The position numbers were made by a program, and so were the translations under genes. A DNA stretch of 63,161 bases, counting the filler. It is 4 parts of 4 records of this genome, joined end to end, with 100 filler letters (N's around TTAATTAATTAA, not from the genome) between each part and the next. Parts side by side here need not be neighbours in the genome. Positions count along the whole stretch, not along the records: positions 21,752 to 33,404 come from SRR22947727_854; 3 more parts are not named here. One strand, given 5' to 3'. Within the stretch, counting starts at the first letter, position 1, and each line of letters opens with the position of its first letter. Under the pieces are notes generated by a model. It was given only the letters and a program-made list of their open reading frames with translations. It had not been told where the DNA came from and did no database searches. This document shows, one piece after another, positions 21,777 to 33,404 of this stretch.

Positions 21777-22856
21777 TCAACGATTAAGGAAGACCTTGAG
21801 AAGGCCGTCTGCACCATTGCGGATGGGGTCATCACAGGGAAGCCCTAGAGCGTCTTGACAAGACTCGATCGCTCTTTGCGCCTCCTCGGCCGACAACTCC
21901 GCTGTGTTGAGAGCCAGGGCTTGAACCCTCGGAGGAGGTCCTGCCCCTCGCGGTCGCGCGATCGCCGCCAGCGACTCACAAAGACTGATGCACTCCTTCA
22001 ACGGGGGCAGCGGCACCTCAGGCAAACGCCCAATCGTGGACTGACCAGCCCGATGCACCATCAGCAAGGCCGTTGGCTGACTGCCGCGCATCAAGGGAAG
22101 CGTGGCCGTTGAGCCTGGGTGACAGAGCGAGCCTTGCCCTTCCACCACCAAGAAATCCTGCTCTGACAACCCCGACCCTGCCTCTAAAACAGCCGCTTCC
22201 ACCACACCAGCCGCGTAGTCCACACGCACCGCATCCAAAGGAACGCCGCGGCCGCTGATCAAAATTCCAGCCTGACCGGTTCCTACAAACCGGCACACCA
22301 GCTTGTGCCGTTCTGCTGCCGCTTGTAACGCCAAACAGGCGCTCATCTTTCCCACAGCCATATCGGTTCCCACCGCTAAAACCCGCTGACAGGAGAGCGA
22401 GGCCGCGCGGGCCTGACCCACCTGCACGCTCGGGGGCTCCCGGCGTAAATCCCAAATCCATTGCCCGGGATGACAAGCCGCCTTGAAATCGGGATCCTCT
22501 CCCAACTGCGTGTGTAACCCACTGGCCAGGCTTAACCCGGCCTGCAGTGCGGCCAAGGCATCTCGTCGCAACGGGTCGGGCAACACTCCACCGGAAGGCG
22601 CTAAACCCACCACCGCTACAGCAGGGCGATAGGGCAAAGCCGCCGCCAGATCGGGGACGATCGGCACCGTCCGATCAATCCCTGTGATCTCAGCCAGGGA
22701 ACCGTGGGCATGGGCGGGGTCAATCACAGCAGCAATCGGCCCCCGTCGATGTCGCAACATTGCAAGGCCTGTCTTCCCTGTTAGGGACGTGAGACCACCG
22801 TGCTGAAGCAGCAGCACAGGCATCTGTTCAAACCCCTCAGGACAAGGGTTGTTCAA
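21777..22856 (-). CDS. DUF1611 P-loop protein (DgcN-like)
   Basis: GKTG, VGTDMAVGKM, TGQAGILI, VEGQGSLCHP, GSQP. Confidence 0.88.
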   Translation of the reverse strand: MNNPCPEGFEQMPVLLLQHGGLTSLTGKTGLAMLRHRRGPIAAVIDPAHAHGSLAEITGIDRTVPIVPDLAAALPYRPAVAVVGLAPSGGVLPDPLRRDALAALQAGLSLASGLHTQLGEDPDFKAACHPGQWIWDLRREPPSVQVGQARAASLSCQRVLAVGTDMAVGKMSACLALQAAAERHKLVCRFVGTGQAGILISGRGVPLDAVRVDYAAGVVEAAVLEAGSGLSEQDFLVVEGQGSLCHPGSTATLPLMRGSQPTALLMVHRAGQSTIGRLPEVPLPPLKECISLCESLAAIARPRGAGPPPRVQALALNTAELSAEEAQRAIESCQDALGLPCDDPIRNGADGLLKVFLNR

Positions 22857-22969
22857 TCCAATCCCGTTGCGATGACGACCCGAGCGGACCAGAACAACTC
22901 AGGCAGCTCTTCTCTACGCCTCTAGCAAGACTTTGGGGCAACAACACAAAAGAGCGTTCTTTGTCGCAG

Positions 22970-24043
22970 TCAGGCGCGGGTGATCCCAAGCCCAGCCGCC
23001 GCCGGAGCTCGCATTTGATCTCCTACCAAGTCGAGCCCCCGATAGGGGTCATCGACAAGATTGAGATGGCTGTCGAGATCAGGCCAGCGGATCAAGGGCA
23101 GCAGCTGGGCGGCCGCCCCATTGAGCAAGAGGCTGTCGGAGTAACAGCCGATCATCAGATCCACATCCAAGCGCTGAGCCACCTGAGCCATCAGCCAAGC
23201 CTCGCTGAGCCCTCCGCTTTTCAGCAACTTGAGATTCACCCCATCCACGTAAGGAGCGAGGCGCAACAAATCCTGGAGATCCCAACAGCTCTCATCGGCC
23301 ACAAGGGGCATGGCGCAATGGGGCTTAAGCGCCGCAAAGGCAGCCGTATCACGCTCGGGATCGAGTACGGCCGCCATGGGCTGCTCCAACAACACCACCC
23401 CTGCCTGTTGCAGTGAGACCTGCATCGCCTTTGCCTCCTCGAGACTCCAGCCGCCGTTGGCATCCACTTGAAGCTCCATCTGCTGCTGATGCTGTTGCCC
23501 GTGCTCCTGCAAGGCCTGGGCTACCGCCGCCAACAGGGCCCGATCGTGATCGCAGCCATCAGCGCTGCCAAGTTTGAGTTTGATGCGTGTTGCTGGCAAC
23601 TGCCGCCACCAACGCTGAAGGCGGCTCACAACCTCATCGACTGACCCGAGCCCCAGGGTCACGCTTGTCGCAACAGAGCAACTGCCATCGAGACCAAACA
23701 AGCGCCAAACCGGCTGTCCCAGCCGTTGCCCCCACCAATCCCAAAGAGCGAGGTCGACAGCACAACGGGCCGGGGGTGACAACGGCTCCAATAAAGGAGC
23801 GAGTCGCTGGCGATCAGCAGGATCTAGATCGCCCAGCTTTGGCAGCAAAGCCTCGAGCTCCGAAGCCAAGTAATCGGTGCTGAAGGCGCGATGCCCAGTA
23901 TCAAATCCTCCCGTTTCGCCGCGGCCAATGCAGCCATCCAGGCTGAAGGTGAGCTCAAGATGTTCCACCTGGGCGGTGGTTCCGCGGCTAATGGCAAGCG
24001 GCACCGCTTTGGTAAGAGAAAAGCGCCGAAGAAACCAGCCCAT
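22970..24043 (-). CDS. Enolase-superfamily L-Ala-D/L-Glu epimerase-like protein (DgcA-like)
   Basis: KLK, VDAN, EQP, ADES, NLK and C-terminal DLD motifs; ATG at 24043 chosen. Confidence 0.88.
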   Translation of the reverse strand: MGWFLRRFSLTKAVPLAISRGTTAQVEHLELTFSLDGCIGRGETGGFDTGHRAFSTDYLASELEALLPKLGDLDPADRQRLAPLLEPLSPPARCAVDLALWDWWGQRLGQPVWRLFGLDGSCSVATSVTLGLGSVDEVVSRLQRWWRQLPATRIKLKLGSADGCDHDRALLAAVAQALQEHGQQHQQQMELQVDANGGWSLEEAKAMQVSLQQAGVVLLEQPMAAVLDPERDTAAFAALKPHCAMPLVADESCWDLQDLLRLAPYVDGVNLKLLKSGGLSEAWLMAQVAQRLDVDLMIGCYSDSLLLNGAAAQLLPLIRWPDLDSHLNLVDDPYRGLDLVGDQMRAPAAAGLGITRA

Positions 24044-24140
24044 CGTCCTGAAACGCCAATCCCCAAGCTGCCACAAGTTGGCGGTGACTCAAACTAAAAG
24101 AAGATTTCACCGTCGTCGGTCTCCAGGATCGCCACCCGCT

Positions 24141-25562
24141 TTGGCTCTCTCCAGTCCCGCCAGCCCCAGTCTGACCAAGACCAACCCCGAATCCTCCAAT
24201 CGGGACGAGCAGCAGCGAGGCAGCTACTGGATCACCACGTTTGGCTGCCAGATGAACAAAGCCGATTCCGAGCGGATGGCAGGAATCCTGGAAACCATGG
24301 GTTACCAGGAAGCCAAGGCTGAACTGGACGCCGATCTCGTTCTCTACAACACCTGCACCATTCGCGACAACGCCGAACAAAAGGTGTATAGCTATTTGGG
24401 TCGCCAGGCCATCCGCAAGCGAACCAATCCGAACCTCACCTTGGTGGTAGCTGGCTGCGTCGCTCAACAGGAGGGAGAGTCCCTACTGCGCCGCGTGCCA
24501 GAGCTGGATTTGGTGATGGGACCCCAGCACGCCAATCGCCTCGAGACCCTGCTCACACAAGTCCAAACCGGACAACAGGTGGTCGCGACGGAAGACCATC
24601 ACATCCTCGAAGACCTCACCACCGCCAGGCGCGATAGCAGCACCTGCGCTTGGGTGAATGTGATCTATGGCTGCAACGAACGGTGCACCTATTGCGTCGT
24701 GCCCTCGGTTCGTGGCAAGGAGCAATCCCGGCTGCCGGACTCGATCATTTTGGAAATGGAGGGACTAGCAGCGCGTGGATTTAAAGAGATCACCCTGCTT
24801 GGACAAAATATTGATGCCTATGGCCGCGATCTACCAGGGATTACCGCCGAGGGCCGACGCCAACACACCCTCACAGATCTCCTTTACCAGGTGCATGACG
24901 TGGAGGGCATCGAACGCCTGCGCTTTGCCACGAGTCACCCGAGATATTTCACCGAGCGCCTGATTGATGCCTGCGCTGACCTCCCCAAAGTGTGCGAACA
25001 CTTTCATATCCCTTTTCAAAGCGGTGATAACGAGCTGCTGAAAGCCATGGCCCGCGGGTACACCGTTGAGCGCTATCGCCGCATCATTGATCGCATTCGC
25101 GAGCGCATGCCTGATGCCGCCATCAGTGCCGATGTGATCGTGGCCTTTCCCGGCGAAACCGATGCGCAATACAGACGCACCCTGGCGTTAATTGAGGAGA
25201 TTGGCTTTGACCAGGTGAATACAGCCGCCTATTCACCAAGACCCAACACACCCGCTGCGGACTGGAACAATCAGCTATCAGAAGACGTGAAAGTGGCCCG
25301 CCTGCAAGAAATCAATGCGCTTGTGGAGTCCACGGCAAAAGAGCGGAATGCTCGTTACGCCGGCCGGGTCGAGCAAGTGCTCGCCGAGGGGGTCAATCCC
25401 AAAGATCCAAGCCAGCTCATGGGGCGGACGCGCACCAACAGGCTCACCTTTTTCTCAGCTGACTCCCCTAACGGCAGCACGCATCGTGCCGGAGATCTGG
25501 TCGATGTTCGAATCGATCAAGTTCGCTCGTTCTCACTCACTGGCACACCGGTGATCAACTGA
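24141..25562 (+). CDS. miaB: tRNA-2-methylthio-N6-isopentenyladenosine synthase
   Basis: [12 protein letters not shown], radical-[16 protein letters not shown] domain; true start likely near 24141 rather than 23877. Confidence 0.95.
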   Translation: MALSSPASPSLTKTNPESSNRDEQQRGSYWITTFGCQMNKADSERMAGILETMGYQEAKAELDADLVLYNTCTIRDNAEQKVYSYLGRQAIRKRTNPNLTLVVAGCVAQQEGESLLRRVPELDLVMGPQHANRLETLLTQVQTGQQVVATEDHHILEDLTTARRDSSTCAWVNVIYGCNERCTYCVVPSVRGKEQSRLPDSIILEMEGLAARGFKEITLLGQNIDAYGRDLPGITAEGRRQHTLTDLLYQVHDVEGIERLRFATSHPRYFTERLIDACADLPKVCEHFHIPFQSGDNELLKAMARGYTVERYRRIIDRIRERMPDAAISADVIVAFPGETDAQYRRTLALIEEIGFDQVNTAAYSPRPNTPAADWNNQLSEDVKVARLQEINALVESTAKERNARYAGRVEQVLAEGVNPKDPSQLMGRTRTNRLTFFSADSPNGSTHRAGDLVDVRIDQVRSFSLTGTPVIN

Positions 25563-25600
25563 TACCTTTCGGGTTCGCTTCTTGAATGAACGGCCGCACC

Positions 25601-26662
25601 ATGCCCTCTTCTCCCGTTCGCATTGGCGTGGTGTTCGGAGGAGCATCCGGTGAGCATGCCGTGTCGATTCGCTCAGCGAACACGATCATTAACGCCCTCC
25701 AAGAGGGGAAAAATCAAGAACACTTCGAGGTGGTTCCGGTTTACATCGATCAGGCGGGGCGTTGGTGGCCTGAGCAGATTGCCAATGGCGTTCTCGAGCA
25801 AAAGCAGCCACCGGCAGATGACAGCCTTCCCCAGCCATTACCACCAGCGGGATTCCGCTCCCTACCGCTCGACAATGACCGCGTGGACGTGTGGTTCCCC
25901 GTCCTTCATGGTCCAAATGGAGAAGACGGCACGGTCCAAGGTTTGTTCACCTTGATGGGGAAGCCCTATGTGGGCTCCGGCGTGCTCGGTTCAGCCGTAG
26001 GGATGGACAAGCTGGCCATGAAAGCTGCTTTTGCAGCCGCAGGTCTACCCCAAGTTCCATACGTGGGGCTAAACGCTGCGGACCTCAACCACCCTGAACG
26101 CCACAACAAGCTGATCGCCAGGATCGAAGCGGAATTGGGATATCCCTGCTTCGTCAAGCCGGCAAACATGGGCTCATCCGTTGGGATCAGCAAAGCGCGT
26201 GATCGAGACCAACTGCTTGCGGGCCTGCAGGAAGCGACACGCCATGACAGTCGCCTTGTGGTGGAACGTGGTGTTGCCGCACGCGAGTTGGAATGCGCCG
26301 TACTCGGACGGCAACAGCTCAAGGCATCTGTGGTGGGCGAAATCAGCTTTGATGCCGATTGGTATGACTACGACACCAAATACACCGACGGCTGCAGCCA
26401 AACGCTGATTCCAGCTCCCCTTCCCGACCAAGTGAGCGCCCAGGTTCAGGAGATTGCCCTGCAAGCCTGTACGGCTGTTCATGCCTATGGCTTGGCACGG
26501 GTGGATGTTTTTTACGATGAGCACAGCGGTGATATTTGGCTCAACGAGATCAATACCCTGCCTGGATTCACCTCCCAAAGCATGTATCCCATGCTTTGGG
26601 AGGCCAGTGGTGTCGCTTTATCAGACTTAGTGGCCCAGCTGGTCTACACAGCGCGAGAATGA
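25601..26662 (+). CDS. ddl: D-alanine--D-alanine ligase
   Basis: [37 protein letters not shown]. Confidence 0.96.
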   Translation: MPSSPVRIGVVFGGASGEHAVSIRSANTIINALQEGKNQEHFEVVPVYIDQAGRWWPEQIANGVLEQKQPPADDSLPQPLPPAGFRSLPLDNDRVDVWFPVLHGPNGEDGTVQGLFTLMGKPYVGSGVLGSAVGMDKLAMKAAFAAAGLPQVPYVGLNAADLNHPERHNKLIARIEAELGYPCFVKPANMGSSVGISKARDRDQLLAGLQEATRHDSRLVVERGVAARELECAVLGRQQLKASVVGEISFDADWYDYDTKYTDGCSQTLIPAPLPDQVSAQVQEIALQACTAVHAYGLARVDVFYDEHSGDIWLNEINTLPGFTSQSMYPMLWEASGVALSDLVAQLVYTARE

Positions 26663-26681
26663 ATCAACATCCAGACAAGCG

Positions 26682-27092
26682 ATGATTGAAGGTCTGCTCT
26701 GGCTTCCACTCCTCGTCGCCTTTGTGCTGCTCGTAGCACTGGGGTGGCTCGAGCGTCGTCGTCAAAATCTGTTCCGAACCTGGAGCGAAGGGTCTGAGTT
26801 AGCCAAACTCGATGGCTGCGGCGCAGCACTTCTCAAGGATGGAGAACTGCGCTGGAGCAGCTTTAGCGCTGGGTCCTTCCAAGACGAGGGGCAGTTTGTG
26901 ATTAAGGGCCTTGAATTGGTCGAATTAATGGCCTTGGCATCAGGGGAGGCGCCCCTGGCCAGTGAATCTCAAGGTCGTTGCCGTCTCAGGTTGATTGGGA
27001 ATGGCCGTCAGCTCGACGTGCCCTTTGCTGATGCTGATCGTGCCAGACGTTGGATGGATCAGCTGATGTCTCGTGCACGCTGCGACTTGTGA
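26682..27092 (+). CDS. Conserved cyanobacterial hypothetical protein (N-terminal TM)
   Basis: GLLWLPLL...AKLDG pattern; co-oriented between ddl and ftsQ with GTGA overlap. Confidence 0.75.
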   Translation: MIEGLLWLPLLVAFVLLVALGWLERRRQNLFRTWSEGSELAKLDGCGAALLKDGELRWSSFSAGSFQDEGQFVIKGLELVELMALASGEAPLASESQGRCRLRLIGNGRQLDVPFADADRARRWMDQLMSRARCDL

Positions 27093-27958
27093 GCCCGGAC
27101 GCCTCCAGCAAGAAGGGCCTCAAGCGCGGCAAACGCAAAAGCCAAGGCCCGCTTCCCCCTGGTGTGGAGCGGCGTCGAAGGCTGCGCCAAGAGCGCAGGC
27201 AAGAGCGCTTGATTCAACTGTGGCGTCTTGTTTTTTTTCTACTCACGGCCACTGGATTGAGCTGGCTACTGCTGACCCTGGGGTGGAACCTGCGATCCGC
27301 GTCACAAATTCAGATCAGCGGAAGCCAGCGGATGGACGAAAACATAGTGGTGAAGGCTGCAGGCCTCTCCTTTCCCCAATCACTGTTGAGCCTTGAGCCT
27401 GGTGAGATCGAGTCCAAATTGATGCAGGAACTGCCTGTGCAGGAGGTGTCCGTTCAGCGCCGCCTTCTTCCCCCAGGCCTCGACATCCAACTCGTGGAAC
27501 GTCGCCCGATCGCGGCTGCCTCCCGTATGGGCCCCAAGGGAATCGAGCGGGGCATGGTGGACCGGGAGGCTCAGTGGATGCCGATGGACATGGCCAAGCG
27601 GGGGGAAAAGCCAGCGAGCGCAGTAAAAGTTGAAGGCTGGATTTCCAATCGACGCACAGTCATTGCCCGCATCCTTCAACAACGAGATCTGCTAGGTCGA
27701 CCACTGAAAACAATTGTGGTGGAACCCGCCGGTGGCGTCAGTCTGCGCATTGAGATGCTTGGCCTCATTTATCTCGGCAGCAATGAGGCCCTGTTAGAGC
27801 AACAGTTCAAAACGATTGCGCAACTCACGCAAAGCCTTCCTCCCAACCTGCGCGGTACGTTCAATGAAGGCTTGGATCTCAGTGACCCAAGCCAACCTGA
27901 GCTGAAGTTACGGCCAGCGCCCAAGCCAACAACCCCGGTGAAAGTCAGCAATCGTTGA
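27089..27958 (+). CDS. ftsQ: Cell division protein FtsQ/DivIB
   Basis: Basic N-terminus, single TM, POTRA-like region, ERRPIA; directly upstream of ftsZ. Confidence 0.88.
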   Translation: MSPDASSKKGLKRGKRKSQGPLPPGVERRRRLRQERRQERLIQLWRLVFFLLTATGLSWLLLTLGWNLRSASQIQISGSQRMDENIVVKAAGLSFPQSLLSLEPGEIESKLMQELPVQEVSVQRRLLPPGLDIQLVERRPIAAASRMGPKGIERGMVDREAQWMPMDMAKRGEKPASAVKVEGWISNRRTVIARILQQRDLLGRPLKTIVVEPAGGVSLRIEMLGLIYLGSNEALLEQQFKTIAQLTQSLPPNLRGTFNEGLDLSDPSQPELKLRPAPKPTTPVKVSNR

Positions 27959-28068
27959 CGCACTCAGGTCGAAATGATCGTGACAATCAAGTTCCTGTAT
28001 CACTTTTGTCTGCAAAATCCACTCACAGCCCCATAATGCAACCGATTCCAGCGGTACAAGCTCAAATA

Positions 28069-29199
28069 ATGGAGATTGTGAGCAGTGAGATGTCCTCATC
28101 CATGAATCCAGAGGGCATCTCGCCTAGCCAATCAGCCCGGATCGAAGTGATCGGTGTTGGAGGTGGTGGCAGCAACGCCGTCAATCGCATGATCTTGAGC
28201 GACCTGGAAGGAGTTGCCTATCGCGTTTTAAACACCGATGCACAGGCGCTGATTCAATCCGCTGCCGATAATCGCGTTCAGTTGGGGCAAACGCTCACCC
28301 GTGGACTTGGAGCTGGCGGCAATCCCAGCATTGGCCAAAAAGCGGCCGAAGAATCACGGGCTGATCTTCAACAGGCCTTACAAGGCGCTGATCTGGTCTT
28401 TATAGCCGCGGGCATGGGAGGTGGCACCGGAACTGGTGCCGCTCCCGTCGTCGCCGAAGTCGCTAAGGAAAGCGGAGCTCTCACCGTTGGCATCGTGACC
28501 AAGCCATTCAGTTTTGAGGGTCGCCGCAGGATGCGCCAGGCCGATGAAGGCATCGCCCGCCTGGCAGAGCACGTAGACACTTTGATCGTGATCCCCAACG
28601 ATCGTCTTCGGGATGCCATCGCTGGAGCACCTCTGCAGGAAGCCTTCCGCAGCGCTGATGACGTTCTGCGTATGGGAGTGAAGGGAATCAGCGACATCAT
28701 CACCCTCCCAGGCCTGGTCAACGTTGACTTCGCTGACGTTCGCTCCGTGATGACCGAAGCCGGTACTGCCCTGCTGGGTATTGGTGTGGGTTCAGGTCGA
28801 TCAAGGGCGGTCGAAGCGGCACAAACAGCCATCAACAGCCCCTTGCTCGAAGCCGCTCGCATCGATGGTGCCAGCGGCTGCGTGATCAACATCAGTGGCG
28901 GCCGGGACATGACCCTGGAGGACATGACCACGGCATCAGAAGTGATTTATGACGTCGTGGATCCAGAAGCCAACATCATTGTTGGCGCTGTGGTGGATGA
29001 ACGCCTCGAGGGTGAGATTCACGTGACCGTGATCGCTACGGGCTTTACGGACGGAAATCCTTATCGCTCAGAGCGCAGCATTGCGAGGCCAGCCGTTTCA
29101 GCATTTGAGCCAAGCCCAAACACAAACCTTGTCCCTGAAAGCGGAGCGCGCATTCCTGATTTCCTCAGGCAGCGGCAGCAACGCCAAAACAACAACTAG
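28069..29199 (+). CDS. ftsZ: Cell division protein FtsZ
   Basis: [17 protein letters not shown] tubulin signature, C-terminal IPDFL peptide. Confidence 0.98.
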   Translation: MEIVSSEMSSSMNPEGISPSQSARIEVIGVGGGGSNAVNRMILSDLEGVAYRVLNTDAQALIQSAADNRVQLGQTLTRGLGAGGNPSIGQKAAEESRADLQQALQGADLVFIAAGMGGGTGTGAAPVVAEVAKESGALTVGIVTKPFSFEGRRRMRQADEGIARLAEHVDTLIVIPNDRLRDAIAGAPLQEAFRSADDVLRMGVKGISDIITLPGLVNVDFADVRSVMTEAGTALLGIGVGSGRSRAVEAAQTAINSPLLEAARIDGASGCVINISGGRDMTLEDMTTASEVIYDVVDPEANIIVGAVVDERLEGEIHVTVIATGFTDGNPYRSERSIARPAVSAFEPSPNTNLVPESGARIPDFLRQRQQRQNNN

Positions 29200-29204
29200 A
29201 AGTT

Positions 29205-29301
29205 GGTGACCCGGAGTCCACGCCTGCCCAGAGCATCCCGTGTGGCTGCTCCCTTCCGGTTCTGACCAGGTTTGGGCGTCTGGACCGCATGGATCCGAAT
29301 C
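29205..29301 (-). ncRNA. ffs: Small bacterial SRP RNA (4.5S)
   Basis: Minus strand contains TCAGAACCGGAAGGGAGCAGC (helix 8 with GGAA tetraloop) within a long hairpin; ends approximate. Confidence 0.9.
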
Positions 29302-29344
29302 GATGCAATGTTAGCAATGAACCTCTTTTATGGCGGAAGGGCCG

Positions 29345-30163
29345 ATGCGCCCAGCTGAATTGATTCGCTTCAAGCAATCAGGGAGAGCGATCACAATGCT
29401 CACAGCCTGGGATGGTCTCAGTGCTGCTTTGGTTGAAGAAGCAGGCGCCGATGTGGTTTTAGTGGGTGATTCACTCGCGATGGTGGTTCTTGGCCATGCC
29501 ACCACCCTTCCGGTAACACTTGAACAAATGCTTCATCACAGCCAGGCCGTATGCCGAGGGCTGAGCAAACCTCTCGCCCAGCAACCGCTGGTGGTGTGCG
29601 ATCTGCCATTCCTGAGTTATCAATGCGGCCTCGATCGCGCCGTCGCCGCTGCAGGCACCATTCTCAAAGAGTCGGATGCCGCTGCCGTCAAGCTTGAGGG
29701 CGGAGAGCCCGAGGTGGTTGCCGTTGTGGATCGCCTCGTCCGCATGGGCATCCCAGTGATGGGCCACCTCGGACTCACCCCTCAGGCCGTCCACCGCCTC
29801 GGCTACCGGCGTCAAGGCATCGATCCGCGCAGTCAGGACAAACTGCACCGCCAAGCGCAAGCCCTACAGGACGCCGGTTGCTTCTCTCTTGTTTTGGAGC
29901 ATGTGCCTGGCGAACTCGCTGGTCGCTTGCGACGCCACTTGTCCATTCCGGTGATCGGGATCGGCGCCGGAGACGATTGCGACGGACAGGTCAGCGTGAC
30001 CGCGGACCTGCTGGGCTTAACGCCAAGCCAACCACCCTTCACCCCGGCCCGCATGCAAGGCCGTGAACTCAGCATCACCGCTCTGAAAAGCTGGCTAAAG
30101 GAGCAACGGGATCAGGGAGCAACTCCCACCACTCCACCACCTCCACAAGCACCTGATTGCTAA
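29345..30163 (+). CDS. panB: 3-methyl-2-oxobutanoate hydroxymethyltransferase
   Basis: [32 protein letters not shown]...DGQV. Confidence 0.96.
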   Translation: MRPAELIRFKQSGRAITMLTAWDGLSAALVEEAGADVVLVGDSLAMVVLGHATTLPVTLEQMLHHSQAVCRGLSKPLAQQPLVVCDLPFLSYQCGLDRAVAAAGTILKESDAAAVKLEGGEPEVVAVVDRLVRMGIPVMGHLGLTPQAVHRLGYRRQGIDPRSQDKLHRQAQALQDAGCFSLVLEHVPGELAGRLRRHLSIPVIGIGAGDDCDGQVSVTADLLGLTPSQPPFTPARMQGRELSITALKSWLKEQRDQGATPTTPPPPQAPDC

Positions 30164-31334
30164 CAGCCATCCCCTCGGGATCGCTAAGGCGCCAGCGACG
30201 GCCAAGGCGTTCCAACAGGCCTATGTCGACGAAGGGTTGCCAGCGTGCCTCTAGGGCAGGCAAATCACGCTGGCAACGCCGTTCGTCCCAGCCGCAGCGT
30301 CTCGCAAGATCCCAGAGGTCCACGCCTTCATGGCAGCGCAGTCCCACGAGCAAGCGATCATCCAGAGGCAAGCTCCCCGCTGACCCACGAACCAAGCTGG
30401 AATCGAGCTCTTGCCTTTGGTCCTGCAACCAGGCGGCATAGGCCTCACGGGTTCGAGGACGGGCCATCCGCTCTCCCCAAGGAGCACTGGTCGCACCCAG
30501 CCCAAACGCCCACCAGCCCGCGCCACTCCAGTACACCCGGTTATGCCTGGAGGCGTGGCCTGGTCTGGCGAAATTTGAGATTTCATAGCGGCTGTAACCA
30601 GCGCGCCTCAGCCTGCGGCTGGTGAAGGCGATGCGGTCGGCGGCAGCGTCCTCCTCTGGAAGCGCCAACTCACCACGCTTCTCGCGCCAAGCAAACACCG
30701 TGCCTGGCTCCACGCTGAGGTCGTAGATCGATACATGGGGGGCTTGCACAGCAACGGCCTGCTCCAGCTGCGCCTCCCACTCCTCGTCCCCCTGATCTGG
30801 AAGGTTTCGAATCAGATCCAAGCTCCAGCTCTGCAGTCCACCCACCTGCAACGACTCTTGGAGCCAATGGCAGGCCTCCAGCAAATCCTGCCGGCGATGT
30901 CGGCGCCCAAGGGCCGCAAGCCTCTCATCGTCAAAACTTTGCCCTCCCAAACTCACCCGGGTCACGCCCGCAGCGATCAGGGATTGAAGATCACTCTGTT
31001 CAAACGTGGCAGGGTCCATTTCCAAGGTGATTTCGGCACCCTGCTGGAACCCGAATCGGCCTCTGAGCTGCTGCAATAGCCCTGAAATTTGATCAGGCCT
31101 CAATAGCGATGGCGTGCCACCCCCCACGTACACAGTGGCCAATGCAGGGCCTTGGGGAGACAGGCTGATCTCTGCGCTGAGTAGATCCAGATAGGCCTCG
31201 ATCGAACCACTACCAGACCCACCAAACGCATCAGCTCGATCGCCGAGAGGCACCACCGCGAAATCGCAATAAAAACAACGCCGATGGCAAAAAGGAATGT
31301 GTAAATAGGCGCTGCGAGGTGCAGATGCGATCAT
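30075..31334 (-). CDS. hemW: Radical SAM heme chaperone HemW
   Basis: [27 protein letters not shown] and HNRVYW (HemW-type signature). Confidence 0.88.
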   Translation of the reverse strand: MIASAPRSAYLHIPFCHRRCFYCDFAVVPLGDRADAFGGSGSGSIEAYLDLLSAEISLSPQGPALATVYVGGGTPSLLRPDQISGLLQQLRGRFGFQQGAEITLEMDPATFEQSDLQSLIAAGVTRVSLGGQSFDDERLAALGRRHRRQDLLEACHWLQESLQVGGLQSWSLDLIRNLPDQGDEEWEAQLEQAVAVQAPHVSIYDLSVEPGTVFAWREKRGELALPEEDAAADRIAFTSRRLRRAGYSRYEISNFARPGHASRHNRVYWSGAGWWAFGLGATSAPWGERMARPRTREAYAAWLQDQRQELDSSLVRGSAGSLPLDDRLLVGLRCHEGVDLWDLARRCGWDERRCQRDLPALEARWQPFVDIGLLERLGRRWRLSDPEGMAVSNQVLVEVVEWWELLPDPVAPLASFSER

Positions 31335-31404
31335 CTGCGCAGGCAGAGCGACGGAAGATGGTGCATGCTGCCTGCATACGGAGTGAACGGCACGACCGAT
31401 TGCC

Positions 31405-32553
31405 ATGGTTGAAGTTCTCATCCTGGTCCTATTTCTGATCTCCGGTGGAGCCACCGGCTGGATGGGAGTTCATCTCCTTCCACAAGAGATGCTGGACGAT
31501 GTCACCGATGTCCAACGGGTGCGCCTCGGGCTCACAGGTGTTGGCACCGGCATAGGCCTCGTTGCAGGCCTTGTTTTTAAGCGGTTGCGCCTGCAACTGA
31601 TGCAGCAGGTGCGCACGATGCCCACCGATTTATTGATCAGTCGGTCGGTGGGACTGATCCTTGGTTTATTGGTCGCCAACTTGTTGCTGGCGCCCATCCT
31701 GCTACTCCCCCTTGCCGGTGGCGTGACCCTGCTCAAACCCTTGGCTGCGGTGCTCAGCAATGTGTTTTTTGGGGTTCTGGGATACAACCTCGCTGAGGTT
31801 CACGGACGCACGCTCCTGCGCCTGTTCAACCCCACAAGCACGGAAGCCTTACTGGTCGCCGATGGCGTTCTCACCCCTGCGACCCCAAAGATCCTCGATA
31901 CCAGCGTGATCATCGATGGGCGGATCCGCGGCATGTTGGCCTGCGGCCTCCTGGAAGGTCAGGCGATCGTTGCTCAAACGGTGATCGACGAGATGCAGCA
32001 GCTGGCCGACTCCACCAACCTGGAGAAACGAGCCAAAGGGCGTCGTGGCCTCAAACTTTTGCGCGATCTCCGCGACACCTACGGACGCCGACTGGTGATC
32101 AACAGCACCCGTTACGAAGGCACGGGTACCGACGACCGTTTGCTCCTGCTCGCTGGCGATACGGGCGGCACGCTTGTGACCGCCGACTTCAACCTGGCCC
32201 AGGTCGCCGAGGTGAAGGAGATCAAAGTGATGAATCTGAGCGAATTGGTGATCGCCCTTCGCCCTGAGGTTCAGCCTGGTGATGAGCTGTTGCTCAAAAT
32301 CGTGCGCGAAGGAAAAGAGGAGAGTCAGGGAGTGGGCTATCTCGAAGACGGCACGATGGTGGTGGTTGAGGAGGGCCGGACCCTGATCGGATCCCGTCAG
32401 CCCGTTGTGGTGACCGGTGCTCTGCAGACCCCAACAGGGCGCATGGTGTTTGCACGCCGAGACAAAAACGGGCACAAGACCAACCGCAGCAGCAAAAACG
32501 GCAAGAGCAAGGGTGTAAGAACCGACAACGCTGAAGAGCACCCTTCCGCTTGA
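31405..32553 (+). CDS. PIN/TRAM domain membrane protein (YacL/Ycf81-like)
   Basis: TM segments, LDTSVIIDGRI PIN motif, QGVGYLEDGTMVVV TRAM, GRMVFA. Confidence 0.92.
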   Translation: MVEVLILVLFLISGGATGWMGVHLLPQEMLDDVTDVQRVRLGLTGVGTGIGLVAGLVFKRLRLQLMQQVRTMPTDLLISRSVGLILGLLVANLLLAPILLLPLAGGVTLLKPLAAVLSNVFFGVLGYNLAEVHGRTLLRLFNPTSTEALLVADGVLTPATPKILDTSVIIDGRIRGMLACGLLEGQAIVAQTVIDEMQQLADSTNLEKRAKGRRGLKLLRDLRDTYGRRLVINSTRYEGTGTDDRLLLLAGDTGGTLVTADFNLAQVAEVKEIKVMNLSELVIALRPEVQPGDELLLKIVREGKEESQGVGYLEDGTMVVVEEGRTLIGSRQPVVVTGALQTPTGRMVFARRDKNGHKTNRSSKNGKSKGVRTDNAEEHPSA

Positions 32554-32592
32554 CCCCGCTAGGCTCCCTCCACGACAGGGATGCTTAGCGGA

Positions 32593-33258
32593 ATGACCAC
32601 ATCAGCGCCTTATTACGGCGACTCAGGCGTGATGCGCACACCGCCGCCTGACCTTCCGTCTTTGATGCTCAAAGAGCGGATCGTGTACCTGGGCCTTCCG
32701 CTGTTTTCAGACGGAGACACCAAGCGTCAGCTCGGCCTAGACGTCACTGAGCTGATCATTGCCCAACTCCTCTTTTTGGAGTTCGACAACCCAGATAAAC
32801 CAATTTATTTCTATATCAACTCAACGGGTACGAGTTGGTACTCGGGCGAGTCGATTGGCTTCGAGACAGAAGCCTTTGCCATCTGCGACACGCTTCGCTA
32901 CGTGAAGCCCCCTGTGCACACGATTTGCATCGGTCAGGCGATGGGAACGGCTGCCGTCATTCTTTCCGCTGGTACCAAAGGGCAAAGGGCGGCCCTACCC
33001 CATGCCTCCATCGTGTTGCATCAGCCCCGCAGCGGCGCTCGCGGCCAGGCCACGGACATTCAGATCCGCGCCAAAGAAGTGCTGCATAACAAGCGAGCCA
33101 TGCTCGAAATCCTTTCGACCAACACCGGTCGCAGCGTGGAAGAACTCTCTGCCGATTCAGACAGAATGAGTTATCTCACCCCTCAAGAAGCCGTGTCCTA
33201 CGGCCTGATTGACAGGGTCCTGGACAGTCGCAAGGACCTGCCGGCTGCAGTGGGTTAA
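32593..33258 (+). CDS. clpR: ClpR, non-catalytic Clp protease subunit
   Basis: PPPDLPSL..ERIVYLG and YINSTG; GQAMGTAA replaces the catalytic-Ser motif GxAAS. Confidence 0.85.
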   Translation: MTTSAPYYGDSGVMRTPPPDLPSLMLKERIVYLGLPLFSDGDTKRQLGLDVTELIIAQLLFLEFDNPDKPIYFYINSTGTSWYSGESIGFETEAFAICDTLRYVKPPVHTICIGQAMGTAAVILSAGTKGQRAALPHASIVLHQPRSGARGQATDIQIRAKEVLHNKRAMLEILSTNTGRSVEELSADSDRMSYLTPQEAVSYGLIDRVLDSRKDLPAAVG

Positions 33259-33338
33259 TTACCCATCCACCATCAACTGCGTTTGTAGTTGTCTCAATAG
33301 ACCATTTCTTTCATCTCCTTCAACCCATCTAAGGACCC

Positions 33339-33404
33339 ATGCCGATCGGTACCCCCAGCGTTCCCTACCGCCTCCCCGGCAGCCAAATGGAGCGCTGGGT
33401 CGAC
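33339..33404 (+). CDS. clpP: ClpP proteolytic subunit, N-terminal fragment
   Basis: MPIGTPSVPYRLPGSQMERWVD, typical cyanobacterial ClpP3 N-terminus, cut by the linker. Confidence 0.8.

Noticed and set aside
23877..24140. Long N-terminal extension of the MiaB ORF overlapping the epimerase gene
   Set aside because: Longest-ORF artefact; MiaB homology begins near 24220 and a plausible TTG start lies at 24141
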